Below are positions 16,673 to 25,253 of a stretch of DNA of 27,681 nucleotides, in pieces. Every line of letters starts with the position of its first letter. Position 1 is the stretch's first letter. This DNA is from Candidatus Firestoneibacteriota bacterium (GTDB taxonomy: Bacteria; Oederibacteriota; D2-FULL-39-29; JBDRBU01). The notes beneath the pieces are model-generated. The model had not been told where the DNA came from. It saw only the letters and a list, made by a program, of their open reading frames with translations, and did not search any database. The DNA lies in the NCBI GenBank assembly GCA_043822305.1, contig JBDRBU010000019.1, forward strand, positions 1 to 27,681, in the 5' to 3' direction. Made by a program: the position numbers and the translations under genes.

Positions 16673-17918
16673 TTGTTTTCTCACTTATTAAATTTTTAGA
16701 TTTTTTTATTATCTTTTTTGCCAATTTATCATTAACACCTTCAATCTTAATTAAAGACTTAACATTAGTCCCGGCTAAATCTTCAATGGTTTTAAATCCA
16801 CCCTCCTTTAACACTTTAGATATCTCCTCACTAATATCAAAAATTATTGTAAAATTATCTTCTTTCTCTTTCTCCTTTTCTAACTTTCTAACACTCTCTC
16901 CTTTGATATCTATCCTCCAACCGGTAAGTCTAGATACAAGTCTAACATTCTGACCGTTCCTGCCTATGGCTAAGGGAAGATGTTCATCTGAAACAATGAC
17001 CACAGCAGATTTATCATCCTTGTTTATTGAAATTTCTATTACTTTTGAAGGACGCAACGAATTTTTTATAAATGTTTCTATATCTTCGTCCCATTCAATC
17101 ACATCTATTTTCTCTCCTTTTAAATCCCGAACAATTGGTTGAATTCTTCCGCCTTTTATACCAACACATGCTCCGACAGAATCTATATTCTTATCATTAG
17201 AGTAAACTGCTATTTTTATTCTAAAACCAGGGTCTCTGGCTATACCTTTTATCTCTACTCTCTTTTCAGCAACTTCTGGAATTTCCATCTCGAATAATTT
17301 TCTAATGAAATTCTGGTGTATTCTAGAGAGTATAACTTGAGGTATCTTTAAAGTTTTTTTAGATTCTAACACATATACTTTTATTCTTTCGCCAATCTGG
17401 AAATTTTCTCTAAAAACTTGTTCCCTTATAGGAATAATACCCTCAGTATCTCCCAAATCAATTATTATATTTCTTTTCTCCATCCTTAGAACCACACCAT
17501 TTAAAATACTTCCTACTTTCTCTGCAAATTCATTATAAATAGCATCTCTTTCTATATCTCTCACTTTCCTGGACATAGATTGCTTCATGGTTTGAGCAGC
17601 AATTCTTCCAAATTTCTGAATAGAGATAGGGTACTCAACTTTCTCGCCAATTTCTTTATCAAAACCAGTCTTTTTGACATCTTCTTTTGAAATCTCATAA
17701 TCAGGGTTTATAACATTCTCTACAACAGATTTAGTATAGAAAGCCTTAAACTGGCTCGTATCTTCGTCAAAAGAAACTTTTATCTCATAATGTGCACCTA
17801 ATATCTTTTTTGAAGCAGAAGATAATGCCCTCTCAAGAGTCTCAACCAATACTTCCTTGTCTATCTTTCGTCCCTTCCCTATTTGTTCCAATGCTTCATC
17901 TAAGTCTTTACTTAACAT
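16647..17918 (-). CDS. nusA: Transcription termination/antitermination factor NusA, with a C-terminal HhH domain
   Basis: Motifs FGRIAAQT, S1 domain, ARDPGFRIKIAV, GACVG, EKIDVI and AIGRNGQNVRL. Confidence 0.97.
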   Translation of the reverse strand: MLSKDLDEALEQIGKGRKIDKEVLVETLERALSSASKKILGAHYEIKVSFDEDTSQFKAFYTKSVVENVINPDYEISKEDVKKTGFDKEIGEKVEYPISIQKFGRIAAQTMKQSMSRKVRDIERDAIYNEFAEKVGSILNGVVLRMEKRNIIIDLGDTEGIIPIREQVFRENFQIGERIKVYVLESKKTLKIPQVILSRIHQNFIRKLFEMEIPEVAEKRVEIKGIARDPGFRIKIAVYSNDKNIDSVGACVGIKGGRIQPIVRDLKGEKIDVIEWDEDIETFIKNSLRPSKVIEISINKDDKSAVVIVSDEHLPLAIGRNGQNVRLVSRLTGWRIDIKGESVRKLEKEKEKEDNFTIIFDISEEISKVLKEGGFKTIEDLAGTNVKSLIKIEGVNDKLAKKIIKKSKNLISEKTNEEQKKSL

Positions 17919-17924
17919 ATGACC

Positions 17925-18425
17925 TCACTTGAACTTAATATCTAATTTTGCTCTCAAAATTTCACAAACCGGAATCTCTAATATAAATGGAGACGGGGTC
18001 GTCCCTGACCCCGACATATCTAAAACTACTTTATCATTTATAACATCTTTTATTTTTCCATAAAAATTCTTATGAGTAAACCCCGCACCAGATATTGGTG
18101 CGTGGGTAAAAATCTTTACTTCCAGACCTTTACATCTTAAAAAATCCTTTTCAGTCTTTAAGGGTCTATCTAACCCCGGTGAAGATACTTCCAGGTGATA
18201 CCCTTCATCTAATAAATCATTCGAATCCAACAAACTACTTACACATTTACTTACTGTCTCACAATCTCCTATATTAACCTTTAGTTCTTTATCTATATAT
18301 AGCCTTAAAACCCATCCAGTTGATTCTCTTTTATATTCAATATCGTATAATTCAATACCTAATTCATTTAATGAAGGCAATATCAAATTCTTTATCTTGC
18401 TTAAAATTAATTCAGCATTCTCCAT
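17925..18425 (-). CDS. rimP: Ribosome maturation factor RimP, with two short repeat-derived in-frame insertions
   Basis: Motifs LRLYIDK, DCETVS and YHLEVSSPGLDRPL. First gene of the nusA operon. Confidence 0.95.
   Translation of the reverse strand: MENAELILSKIKNLILPSLNELGIELYDIEYKRESTGWVLRLYIDKELKVNIGDCETVSKCVSSLLDSNDLLDEGYHLEVSSPGLDRPLKTEKDFLRCKGLEVKIFTHAPISGAGFTHKNFYGKIKDVINDKVVLDMSGSGTTPSPFILEIPVCEILRAKLDIKFK
17987..18016 (-). repeat. 30-bp palindromic repeat inside the rimP coding sequence
   Basis: 27/30 identical to the intergenic copy at 18502-18531. Lies in the segment encoding MSGSGTTPSP. Confidence 0.8.
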
Positions 18426-18443
18426 AACTTTCCATACAGACTA

Positions 18444-18479
18444 TAAAATAAAAAAGTGGGTTAATCTTTTTCCCACTCT
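18444..18479 (-). terminator. rimP leader attenuator-type intrinsic terminator
   Basis: AGAGTGGG-AAAAAGATTAA-CCCACTTTTTTATTTTA immediately upstream of rimP. It matches the GGG...CCC hairpin plus U-tract known from rimP leaders. Confidence 0.75.
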
Positions 18480-18501
18480 TTTACCTCCTATTATTTAATA
18501 T

Positions 18502-18531
18502 ATGGAGTCAAGGTCGTCCCTGACCCCGACA
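18502..18531 (-). repeat. 30-bp palindromic repeat in the rimP 5' leader
   Basis: GGGGTCAGGG-ACGA-CCTTGACTCC forms a 10-bp stem with 2 G-U pairs. A second copy lies at 17987. Confidence 0.8.
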
Positions 18532-18552
18532 CACATTAGTATATACCTTTTT

Positions 18553-18582
18553 ATTATATAAAATTTGACCCTGAATTGTCAA
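18553..18582 (-). promoter_or_regulatory. Consensus sigma70 promoter of the rimP-nusA-infB operon
   Basis: TTGACA (18582-18577), 18-bp spacer, TATAAT (18558-18553). Confidence 0.8.
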
Positions 18583-18717
18583 TAGATATTGTAAAAAAGT
18601 TTGTAAAAAAGGTTGAAAATAGGAAGAGACATCATGACCCATAATAATATGCTTGTTTAATAACAATGTTCAGGTTTTCTAAACTTTTTCATCTAATAAT
18701 CTATTTTTTAATTCTTG

Positions 18718-18740
18718 GTAGTCGCAGGCTTTAGCCTGCG
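18718..18740 (+). repeat. GTAG-type REP palindrome, copy 1
   Basis: GTAG-T-CGCAGGCT-TT-AGCCTGCG. 21/23 identical to the inverted copy at 20338-20360. Confidence 0.8.
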
Positions 18741-18850
18741 GTATTTACCAATTCTTTTCATACCAGGTTCTCCAAAATATATACTTGGGTTTACCCTTTA
18801 ATCCTTTTGTAAATCCATACATATCCTACTTGTCCTACTTGTTAACTAAG

Positions 18851-18863
18851 GTCTGTCCCTATT
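18851..18863 (+). repeat. GTCTGTCCCTATT motif, copy 3, overlapping the ctpA stop
   Basis: 13-bp exact match to the core of the copies at 12619 and 25236. Confidence 0.6.
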
Positions 18864-20322
18864 TTCCTATTACTTGAAACAACTCGTATCCTTTAAATAA
18901 CTCAACTGCTCTTTTAACAATTTCATCCTCACCAATGGCCACTTTTTCCCCTGCTTCCTCTCCTTTTGATGCTCTTACAATTTCAATCTTTATGCTCTTT
19001 TTTATAAAACCCTTATTTTGCTCAATATCAGAATCTGAAATGCTAAATCCTTTACTTCTTACTTCTTTTATAAACTCATCAACTATCTTATCGTCTACCA
19101 CCAGATTTTCTACATTTATATCTTGATTTTCCTTTACAGGACTTTCCTTTATATATTTTTTTGCAAAATTTATAAAATGTTCATAATATTTTAATTTCCA
19201 GACCACATCAGAAGGACTAGTTTCCTCAATAATAATATCTGGAGTAATCCCTTTCTCATGAATCTTTTTACCCGATGGAGTATAATAATATGCAGTTGTT
19301 AATCTCATACCAGAACCATCACCTAAAGTATAAACACTTTGTACAGAAGCTTTTCCAAAGGTCTGAGTACCGATAATTAGACCTCTTTTGTTATCCTGAA
19401 TAGCACCTGTTACAATTTCCGAAGCAGAAGCACTCCCTTTGTTCACCAATAAAATTAAAGGTATGCTTTCACAATAAATGTTTCCTGTTCTGGAATAAAA
19501 TTTCCGACTAGCACCTTTATTAGTAGTTCTTCCCTGTGTATATACTATTAATTTATCTACGGTTAGAAACCTGTCTGATATATCAACTGAAACATCAAGA
19601 AGTCCACCTGGATTATTTCTTAAATCAAAAATAATTGATTTAACTTTATTTTTTTCAAAATCTACTAACACCTTTTCTATATCTCTACCAGAGTTTTCCG
19701 AAAAGCTCCTTAATCTAATATACCCAATACCGTCTTCAATAATATATGACCAGACACTTTGAATCTTTATATTATCTCTTATTATCTCAATATCCTCACT
19801 CTTTTCCTCTCCTTCATGCAGAATTGTTAAAACAACCTTAGTACCTTTGGGACCTCTTATCTTTTTTACCGCTTCATTAGTAGTGATATTCTTTGTTGAC
19901 ACTCCATCTATTTTTAAAATTCTATCCCCGGCACGAACTCCCTTATACCAGGCAGGACTTTTTTCAAAAGGTGCTACCACAGTTAAAACATCTTTCCTTA
20001 TAGTAATTTCCGTTCCTATACCTCCATATATACCACCTATCTCTGATTGCGATTCTTTATACTCCTCAGGATCCATAAAATGACTAAACGGGTCCAAAGT
20101 TGAAATCATTCCTTTTATAGCACCATATAGCAATGAATCTCCTTTTATCTTATCCTCATCCACATAAAATTTATTTATATAGTCTAATGATTCTAACACC
20201 TGTTGTAGTTTCTTATACTCGCTATCAATAATCTCTCTTACCTCTTTGTCGGAATCAATAGAATATAAATTACTACCTCCCAAAACCAAAAGCATGACCA
20301 TACTCAATATTAACTTTTTCAT
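18859..20322 (-). CDS. ctpA: S41A carboxyl-terminal processing protease
   Basis: Signal peptide, LDPFS, PDZ domain (GGIG...PA...GD), DLRNNPGG, catalytic SASASEI and TFGK, YYTPSG. AAGGAGG SD. Confidence 0.93.
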   Translation of the reverse strand: MKKLILSMVMLLVLGGSNLYSIDSDKEVREIIDSEYKKLQQVLESLDYINKFYVDEDKIKGDSLLYGAIKGMISTLDPFSHFMDPEEYKESQSEIGGIYGGIGTEITIRKDVLTVVAPFEKSPAWYKGVRAGDRILKIDGVSTKNITTNEAVKKIRGPKGTKVVLTILHEGEEKSEDIEIIRDNIKIQSVWSYIIEDGIGYIRLRSFSENSGRDIEKVLVDFEKNKVKSIIFDLRNNPGGLLDVSVDISDRFLTVDKLIVYTQGRTTNKGASRKFYSRTGNIYCESIPLILLVNKGSASASEIVTGAIQDNKRGLIIGTQTFGKASVQSVYTLGDGSGMRLTTAYYYTPSGKKIHEKGITPDIIIEETSPSDVVWKLKYYEHFINFAKKYIKESPVKENQDINVENLVVDDKIVDEFIKEVRSKGFSISDSDIEQNKGFIKKSIKIEIVRASKGEEAGEKVAIGEDEIVKRAVELFKGYELFQVIGK

Positions 20323-20337
20323 AAATCTACCCTCCTT

Positions 20338-20360
20338 CGCAGGCTGAAGCCGGCGACTAC
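20338..20360 (-). repeat. GTAG-type REP palindrome, copy 2, abutting the ctpA SD
   Basis: Minus strand reads GTAGTCGCCGGCTTCAGCCTGCG. Confidence 0.8.
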
Positions 20361-20373
20361 ATTATTTTATTTA

Positions 20374-21549
20374 TTATTTTATCCATTCTAATGGATTTAC
20401 TGGCTTTCCATCTTTTCTTATTTCAAAATATAAAGATGGGACTCCCGATGAACCAGTATCTCCTACTTTCCCAATGACATCATTCATTCCTACCGATTGC
20501 CCAACATTTACTAATATTTCCGAAAGATGACCATAAACACCGACAACACCACCTCCATAATCAATCAGTATAGTTTTACCATATCCTTTAAACCAATCAG
20601 CAAATAATATTAATCCTTTAAGTATCGAAATAACCGGTTCATTTATATTCGCAGATATTTCAATACCGTTATTAAACACATACACATTAAATTTAGGATG
20701 TTTACATCTTCCAAAATATGAAATTATTTTTCCATTAGCCGGAAGAGATAAATTACCCTTATCTTTTAAAATATCAGAATCTAAGTTAGTGCTTGCTTTT
20801 TCATATAACTTTGTCTTAGTCTCAAGTTCTTTTATAATTAATTCCAATTTATTAGACTGCACCTTTAACTCATTAATTGACTGTTCATACAAATCTTTTT
20901 GTTCTTTAATGTTTTTTAAAAAAGTTTCTTTCTTGGATTTCTCAGATAAAATCCCCTGTTCCTTCTTGTTTGCAGAGATTTTCAAAGCATTATATTTATT
21001 ATATTTACCTTCTAATCCGTTTTTCTTAATTAAAATGTCTGCTCTTTGTTTTTTAGTTTTTTCTTTTAATTCCACATCTTTATCTGCAATGATTTTTATT
21101 AAATCGTATTTTTTTAAAAAATCCTTAAAATTTATTGCTGAAAAGAGTGTTCTTAAATTTCTAAATTTTCCTTCTTTATTGATTTGTATAATTCTTAATT
21201 TTAAGTCGTTCTGTATTTTTTTTAAATTATTATCAGAAGATTTAATATTTATCTTTGAATCAGAAATACCCGTCTCCAAATTAGAAAGTTTTTTACTGTA
21301 TGTCTTTAATGCATTTCTTTTCTCATCTAATAACTGGTCATATCTTTGTATTTGAAAAAGCAAATTTTTTTCTTCTTCATATAATTTGTATTGTTTATCT
21401 ATTTTTTCTTTTATCTCATCACTTATTTTCTTTATCTCTTTCTTTTTTTCATCAACAGGATTAATGTCTGAATAAACAAAATCCGCTATCAAGATAATAG
21501 CACTAAAAACCAGGAACCAGATATTATTAAATTTTAAACTTTCTCTCAT
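20374..21549 (-). CDS. envC: EnvC-like murein hydrolase activator (coiled coil plus degenerate M23/LytM domain)
   Basis: N-terminal hydrophobic segment and a long coiled coil. The M23 domain has NNGIE in place of HxGxD and SLYFEIR in place of HLHFE. Follows ftsX with an ATGA overlap. Confidence 0.85.
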   Translation of the reverse strand: MRESLKFNNIWFLVFSAIILIADFVYSDINPVDEKKKEIKKISDEIKEKIDKQYKLYEEEKNLLFQIQRYDQLLDEKRNALKTYSKKLSNLETGISDSKINIKSSDNNLKKIQNDLKLRIIQINKEGKFRNLRTLFSAINFKDFLKKYDLIKIIADKDVELKEKTKKQRADILIKKNGLEGKYNKYNALKISANKKEQGILSEKSKKETFLKNIKEQKDLYEQSINELKVQSNKLELIIKELETKTKLYEKASTNLDSDILKDKGNLSLPANGKIISYFGRCKHPKFNVYVFNNGIEISANINEPVISILKGLILFADWFKGYGKTILIDYGGGVVGVYGHLSEILVNVGQSVGMNDVIGKVGDTGSSGVPSLYFEIRKDGKPVNPLEWIK

Positions 21550-22409
21550 TCTGAATAATATTTAATTCTAAACAGCAAACTACTTAAAAACCCTATAGAT
21601 ACACCCAGAAGTATAATGAATAATGCAAATTTATAATTTACGACTAACCATCTTCCAGACCAAATTATATTTATTTTATCATATACAATTTTTTCTAAAA
21701 CATAAAGCAAAATCGTAGCCAGGATTGAACTAATTAAACCTTGTATTATACATTCAACAATAAATATACTCTTTATAAACCAGTTAGACATACCGGATAA
21801 TCTCATAGATTTTATCTCTTCTTTTCTGGCAAAAATGCTTATTCTTATAGCCCCGGAGGCGATTAAAATTAAACTTGTTATTAAAATCAAAGATAAACCA
21901 AGCATTATGCTTTTTATTACATTTACAATACCAAATAATCTTTCCATCTCTTCTTTTTGATAATGAACCTCGATTATATTATTTATTGTCTTTAAGGAAT
22001 CAACTAAGTTTCTTACCCTTTCAATACTTTTGTAATTCTTGTTTATATTTACTCTTATGGAATCAGGTAAAGGATTTACATCAATAGCATTAATATAATC
22101 TTTTAACTCATCTGTTTCTCCAAACTCCTTTAAGGCATCTTCTTTAGAAACGAAAACACAATCATCTACACCCGGTCTCATTTTTGCTTCTATTAAAATT
22201 TTATCTATTTCTTCTTTATTAAGACCTTCTTTTAAAAATAAGGCAACTTCAACATTTTCCTTTATGTTTTCTAAAAACAAATTTAAATTAATAATTAATA
22301 TGGCAAATATCCCTACGACGAATAAATTAAAAGTTAAAACAACAATAGTCGTAAGTGTTATAAATTTATTTTTTTTAAATGTAACCAAAGATTCTTTTAT
22401 TATATTCAT
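21546..22409 (-). CDS. ftsX: FtsX-like cell division permease
   Basis: 1+3 TM topology, [14 protein letters not shown], and [16 protein letters not shown]. Confidence 0.85.
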   Translation of the reverse strand: MNIIKESLVTFKKNKFITLTTIVVLTFNLFVVGIFAILIINLNLFLENIKENVEVALFLKEGLNKEEIDKILIEAKMRPGVDDCVFVSKEDALKEFGETDELKDYINAIDVNPLPDSIRVNINKNYKSIERVRNLVDSLKTINNIIEVHYQKEEMERLFGIVNVIKSIMLGLSLILITSLILIASGAIRISIFARKEEIKSMRLSGMSNWFIKSIFIVECIIQGLISSILATILLYVLEKIVYDKINIIWSGRWLVVNYKFALFIILLGVSIGFLSSLLFRIKYYSE

Positions 22410-25225
22410 AAAACTCCTTTTAAAAAAGATCCCGTATAAGAACCTTTTACTTTCAGAATTTCTTCAGGCGTTCCCTCACAAACCAAATAACCACCTTTTT
22501 CGCCGCCTTCAGGTCCTAAATCAACAATATAATCTGCTGTTTTTATAACATCTAAATTATGTTCTATGACAACTATAGTATTCCCCATATCCCTTAATCT
22601 GAATAAAACATCTAAAAGTTTTTTAATATCATCAAAATGCAATCCTGTAGTTGGCTCATCTAAAATATAAAATGTTTTCCCGGTGGCTCTCTTACATAAC
22701 TCTGCTGAAAGTTTGATTCTTTGTGCCTCACCACCTGAAAGTGTTGTAGCCGATTGTCCAAGTTGAATATATCCAAGTCCAACATCGTCTAATGTTTCCA
22801 AAACATTCTTTATCTTAGGTATGTTTGAAAAGAAATCTAAACCAGTACAGACAGTCATAGAAAGAATATCCGCAATATTTTTCCCTTTATATTTAACCTC
22901 TAAAGTTTCTTTATTATACCTCTTACCTTTACAAACTTCACATTGAACATAAACATCCGGTAAAAAATGCATCTCTATTTTTATAATACCATCCCCTTCA
23001 CAGGCATCACATCTCCCACCTTTCACATTAAAACTAAATCTGCCCGGCTGATACCCTCTTGACTTTGCCTCTAGAGTCGATGTAAAGAGTTCTCTAACAT
23101 ATGTAAAAACTCCTGTATATGTCGCTGGATTTGAACGGGGGGTTCTACCTATTGGAGATTGATCTATATTTATCACCCTATCAATGTTTTTCACTCCGGA
23201 AATAGATTTATATCCAGCTGGCTTAATATTAGTTAGGTAAAGTTCCTGAATAATCGCCGGATAAAGTGTTTCTTCTATTAAAGAACTTTTCCCGGAACCA
23301 GAAACACCGGTTATACATATAAAAGTCCCTAAAGGGAATTTTATATCAATGTTCTTTAAATTATTAGTAGTTACTCCATTTATTTCTAAAAAACTCTCCT
23401 TATGAGTTTTTCTTGTTTTTGGAACAAATATCTTTAAATCTCCTCTAAGATATTTACCTGTTAAAGATTCTTTACTTTTAAGAACATCGTCAATAGTGCC
23501 GGCCACAACAATATATCCACCATCCACTCCAGCCTTCGGTCCTAAATCAACGAGGTAATCAGCACTTCTTATAGTTTTTTCATCATGTTCAACAACAATA
23601 ACAGTGTTTCCTAAATCTCTTAAAGTTTTAAGCGTCTCTAACAACTTCTCGTTATCTTTTTGGTGTAATCCTATACTTGGTTCATCTAAAATATATAAAA
23701 CTCCTACCAGGGATGAACCAATCTGAGTAGCCAGATGTATTCTTTGCGATTCTCCACCCGATAAAGTAGCGGCTGGCCTATCCAAGGTTAAATAACTTAA
23801 TCCCACATTTATCAAAAATCCTAATCGTGATTTAATTTCTTTTAATATCTGATCAGATATAATGGACTCTCTTTGTGTTAACTTAATTTTGTTAAAGAAA
23901 TTTAAACACTCCGTTATACTTACTTTTGTAATTTCATATATTGATTTCCCACCTATTTTTACAAATAAACTTTCTTGTTTCAATCTTGCACCGTTACAAA
24001 CCGGACAGGTTAAACTCCTCATATACTGCCCTATAACATCACTTCTAATATACTCTGATTCTGATTCAATAAATCTTCTTTTTAAATTCGGTATAACACC
24101 CTCAAACTTTCCATAATAAGTAGTGTGTCCGCCTGTAGTATACGAGTTAAAATTAAACTCTATTTTTTCACCTTTAGAGCCATAAAGTATTATATCCTGT
24201 TCGTTTTTCTTTAAATTTTTAAAAGAAATATCTGTTCTAATATTATAATGCTTTGCTACTGATTTAAGTAAACCAGGATAATACATTGCACCAGGACTAC
24301 TCCACGGTGCAATAGCACCTTTATTAATACTTAAATTCTTATCAGGAACAATCAAATCTACATCTATTTCTAATTTATGACCCAACCCACTACATTCCAC
24401 ACAAGCCCCGTAAGGGCTATTAAAAGAAAAGAGCCGTGGAGCAAATTCTGCTATACTTATTCCACAGTTTATACACGCAAATTTCTCTGAAAATATTATT
24501 TCCTCAGATTCGTTTTTTAAAATAATAAGTGTTCCTTCACCTAACTTTAATGCCGTCTCAATAGAATTTGCTAATCTTTTTTTTATATCATTTTTTACAA
24601 TAAATCTATCGACGACAACCTCTATATTGTGCTTTTTATTTTTATCTAATTTTATTTTTTCTACTAAATCGTATGTTTTACCATCTACCCTACACCTAAC
24701 AAATCCTTCTTTTTTTATCTCATCTAATAATTTAACATATTCGCCTTTTCTACCTCTTACAATCGGTGCTAAAATTTGCAACTTTGTATTTTTATTACAA
24801 TTTAAAATCTGCTCTATGATTTGCTGACTGGTTTGCTTTTCAATTCTCCGACCACACTTATAGCAATAAGGAATACCTATTCGTGCAAAAAGAAGTCTTA
24901 GATAATCATAAATCTCGGTCACAGTTCCTACTGTAGATCGTGGATTATGGCTTGGTGACTTTTGTTGAATAGCAATGGCTGGAGAAAGTCCATCTATATA
25001 ATCTACATCTGGCTTTTCCATCTGCCCCAGAAACTGCCTGGCATATGCCGATAACGATTCCACATATCTTCTTTGCCCTTCCGCATAAAGAGTATCAAAT
25101 GCCAATGAAGATTTACCGGAACCAGATAAGCCGGTTATTACTATCAATTTATTCCTTGGCAGTTCTAAGTCAATATTCTTTAAATTATGTTCCCTAGCAC
25201 CTTTTATAACAATTTTATCTTTCAT
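22406..25225 (-). CDS. uvrA: Excinuclease ABC subunit A
   Basis: GAREHNLKN, two Walker A motifs ([16 protein letters not shown]), two LSGGE signatures, zinc fingers, LDEP motifs. Confidence 0.98.
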   Translation of the reverse strand: MKDKIVIKGAREHNLKNIDLELPRNKLIVITGLSGSGKSSLAFDTLYAEGQRRYVESLSAYARQFLGQMEKPDVDYIDGLSPAIAIQQKSPSHNPRSTVGTVTEIYDYLRLLFARIGIPYCYKCGRRIEKQTSQQIIEQILNCNKNTKLQILAPIVRGRKGEYVKLLDEIKKEGFVRCRVDGKTYDLVEKIKLDKNKKHNIEVVVDRFIVKNDIKKRLANSIETALKLGEGTLIILKNESEEIIFSEKFACINCGISIAEFAPRLFSFNSPYGACVECSGLGHKLEIDVDLIVPDKNLSINKGAIAPWSSPGAMYYPGLLKSVAKHYNIRTDISFKNLKKNEQDIILYGSKGEKIEFNFNSYTTGGHTTYYGKFEGVIPNLKRRFIESESEYIRSDVIGQYMRSLTCPVCNGARLKQESLFVKIGGKSIYEITKVSITECLNFFNKIKLTQRESIISDQILKEIKSRLGFLINVGLSYLTLDRPAATLSGGESQRIHLATQIGSSLVGVLYILDEPSIGLHQKDNEKLLETLKTLRDLGNTVIVVEHDEKTIRSADYLVDLGPKAGVDGGYIVVAGTIDDVLKSKESLTGKYLRGDLKIFVPKTRKTHKESFLEINGVTTNNLKNIDIKFPLGTFICITGVSGSGKSSLIEETLYPAIIQELYLTNIKPAGYKSISGVKNIDRVINIDQSPIGRTPRSNPATYTGVFTYVRELFTSTLEAKSRGYQPGRFSFNVKGGRCDACEGDGIIKIEMHFLPDVYVQCEVCKGKRYNKETLEVKYKGKNIADILSMTVCTGLDFFSNIPKIKNVLETLDDVGLGYIQLGQSATTLSGGEAQRIKLSAELCKRATGKTFYILDEPTTGLHFDDIKKLLDVLFRLRDMGNTIVVIEHNLDVIKTADYIVDLGPEGGEKGGYLVCEGTPEEILKVKGSYTGSFLKGVL

Positions 25226-25235
25226 AAAATAGTAA

Positions 25236-25251
25236 AATAGGGACAGACACC
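25236..25251 (-). repeat. GGTGTCTGTCCCTATT motif, copy 4, between res and uvrA
   Basis: Identical to 12619-12634 and begins 2 nt after the res stop. Confidence 0.7.
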
Positions 25252-25253
25252 AT

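Noticed and set aside
5703..18572. TTTGACCCT shared at ~5704 and ~18564
   Set aside because: Only 9 bp and two copies, one inside the rimP promoter spacer. It cannot be distinguished from chance without genome-wide counts.
20374..20760. Active M23 peptidase
   Set aside because: The zinc ligands are substituted (NNGIE, SLYFE), which is the ordinary EnvC-type degenerate state.
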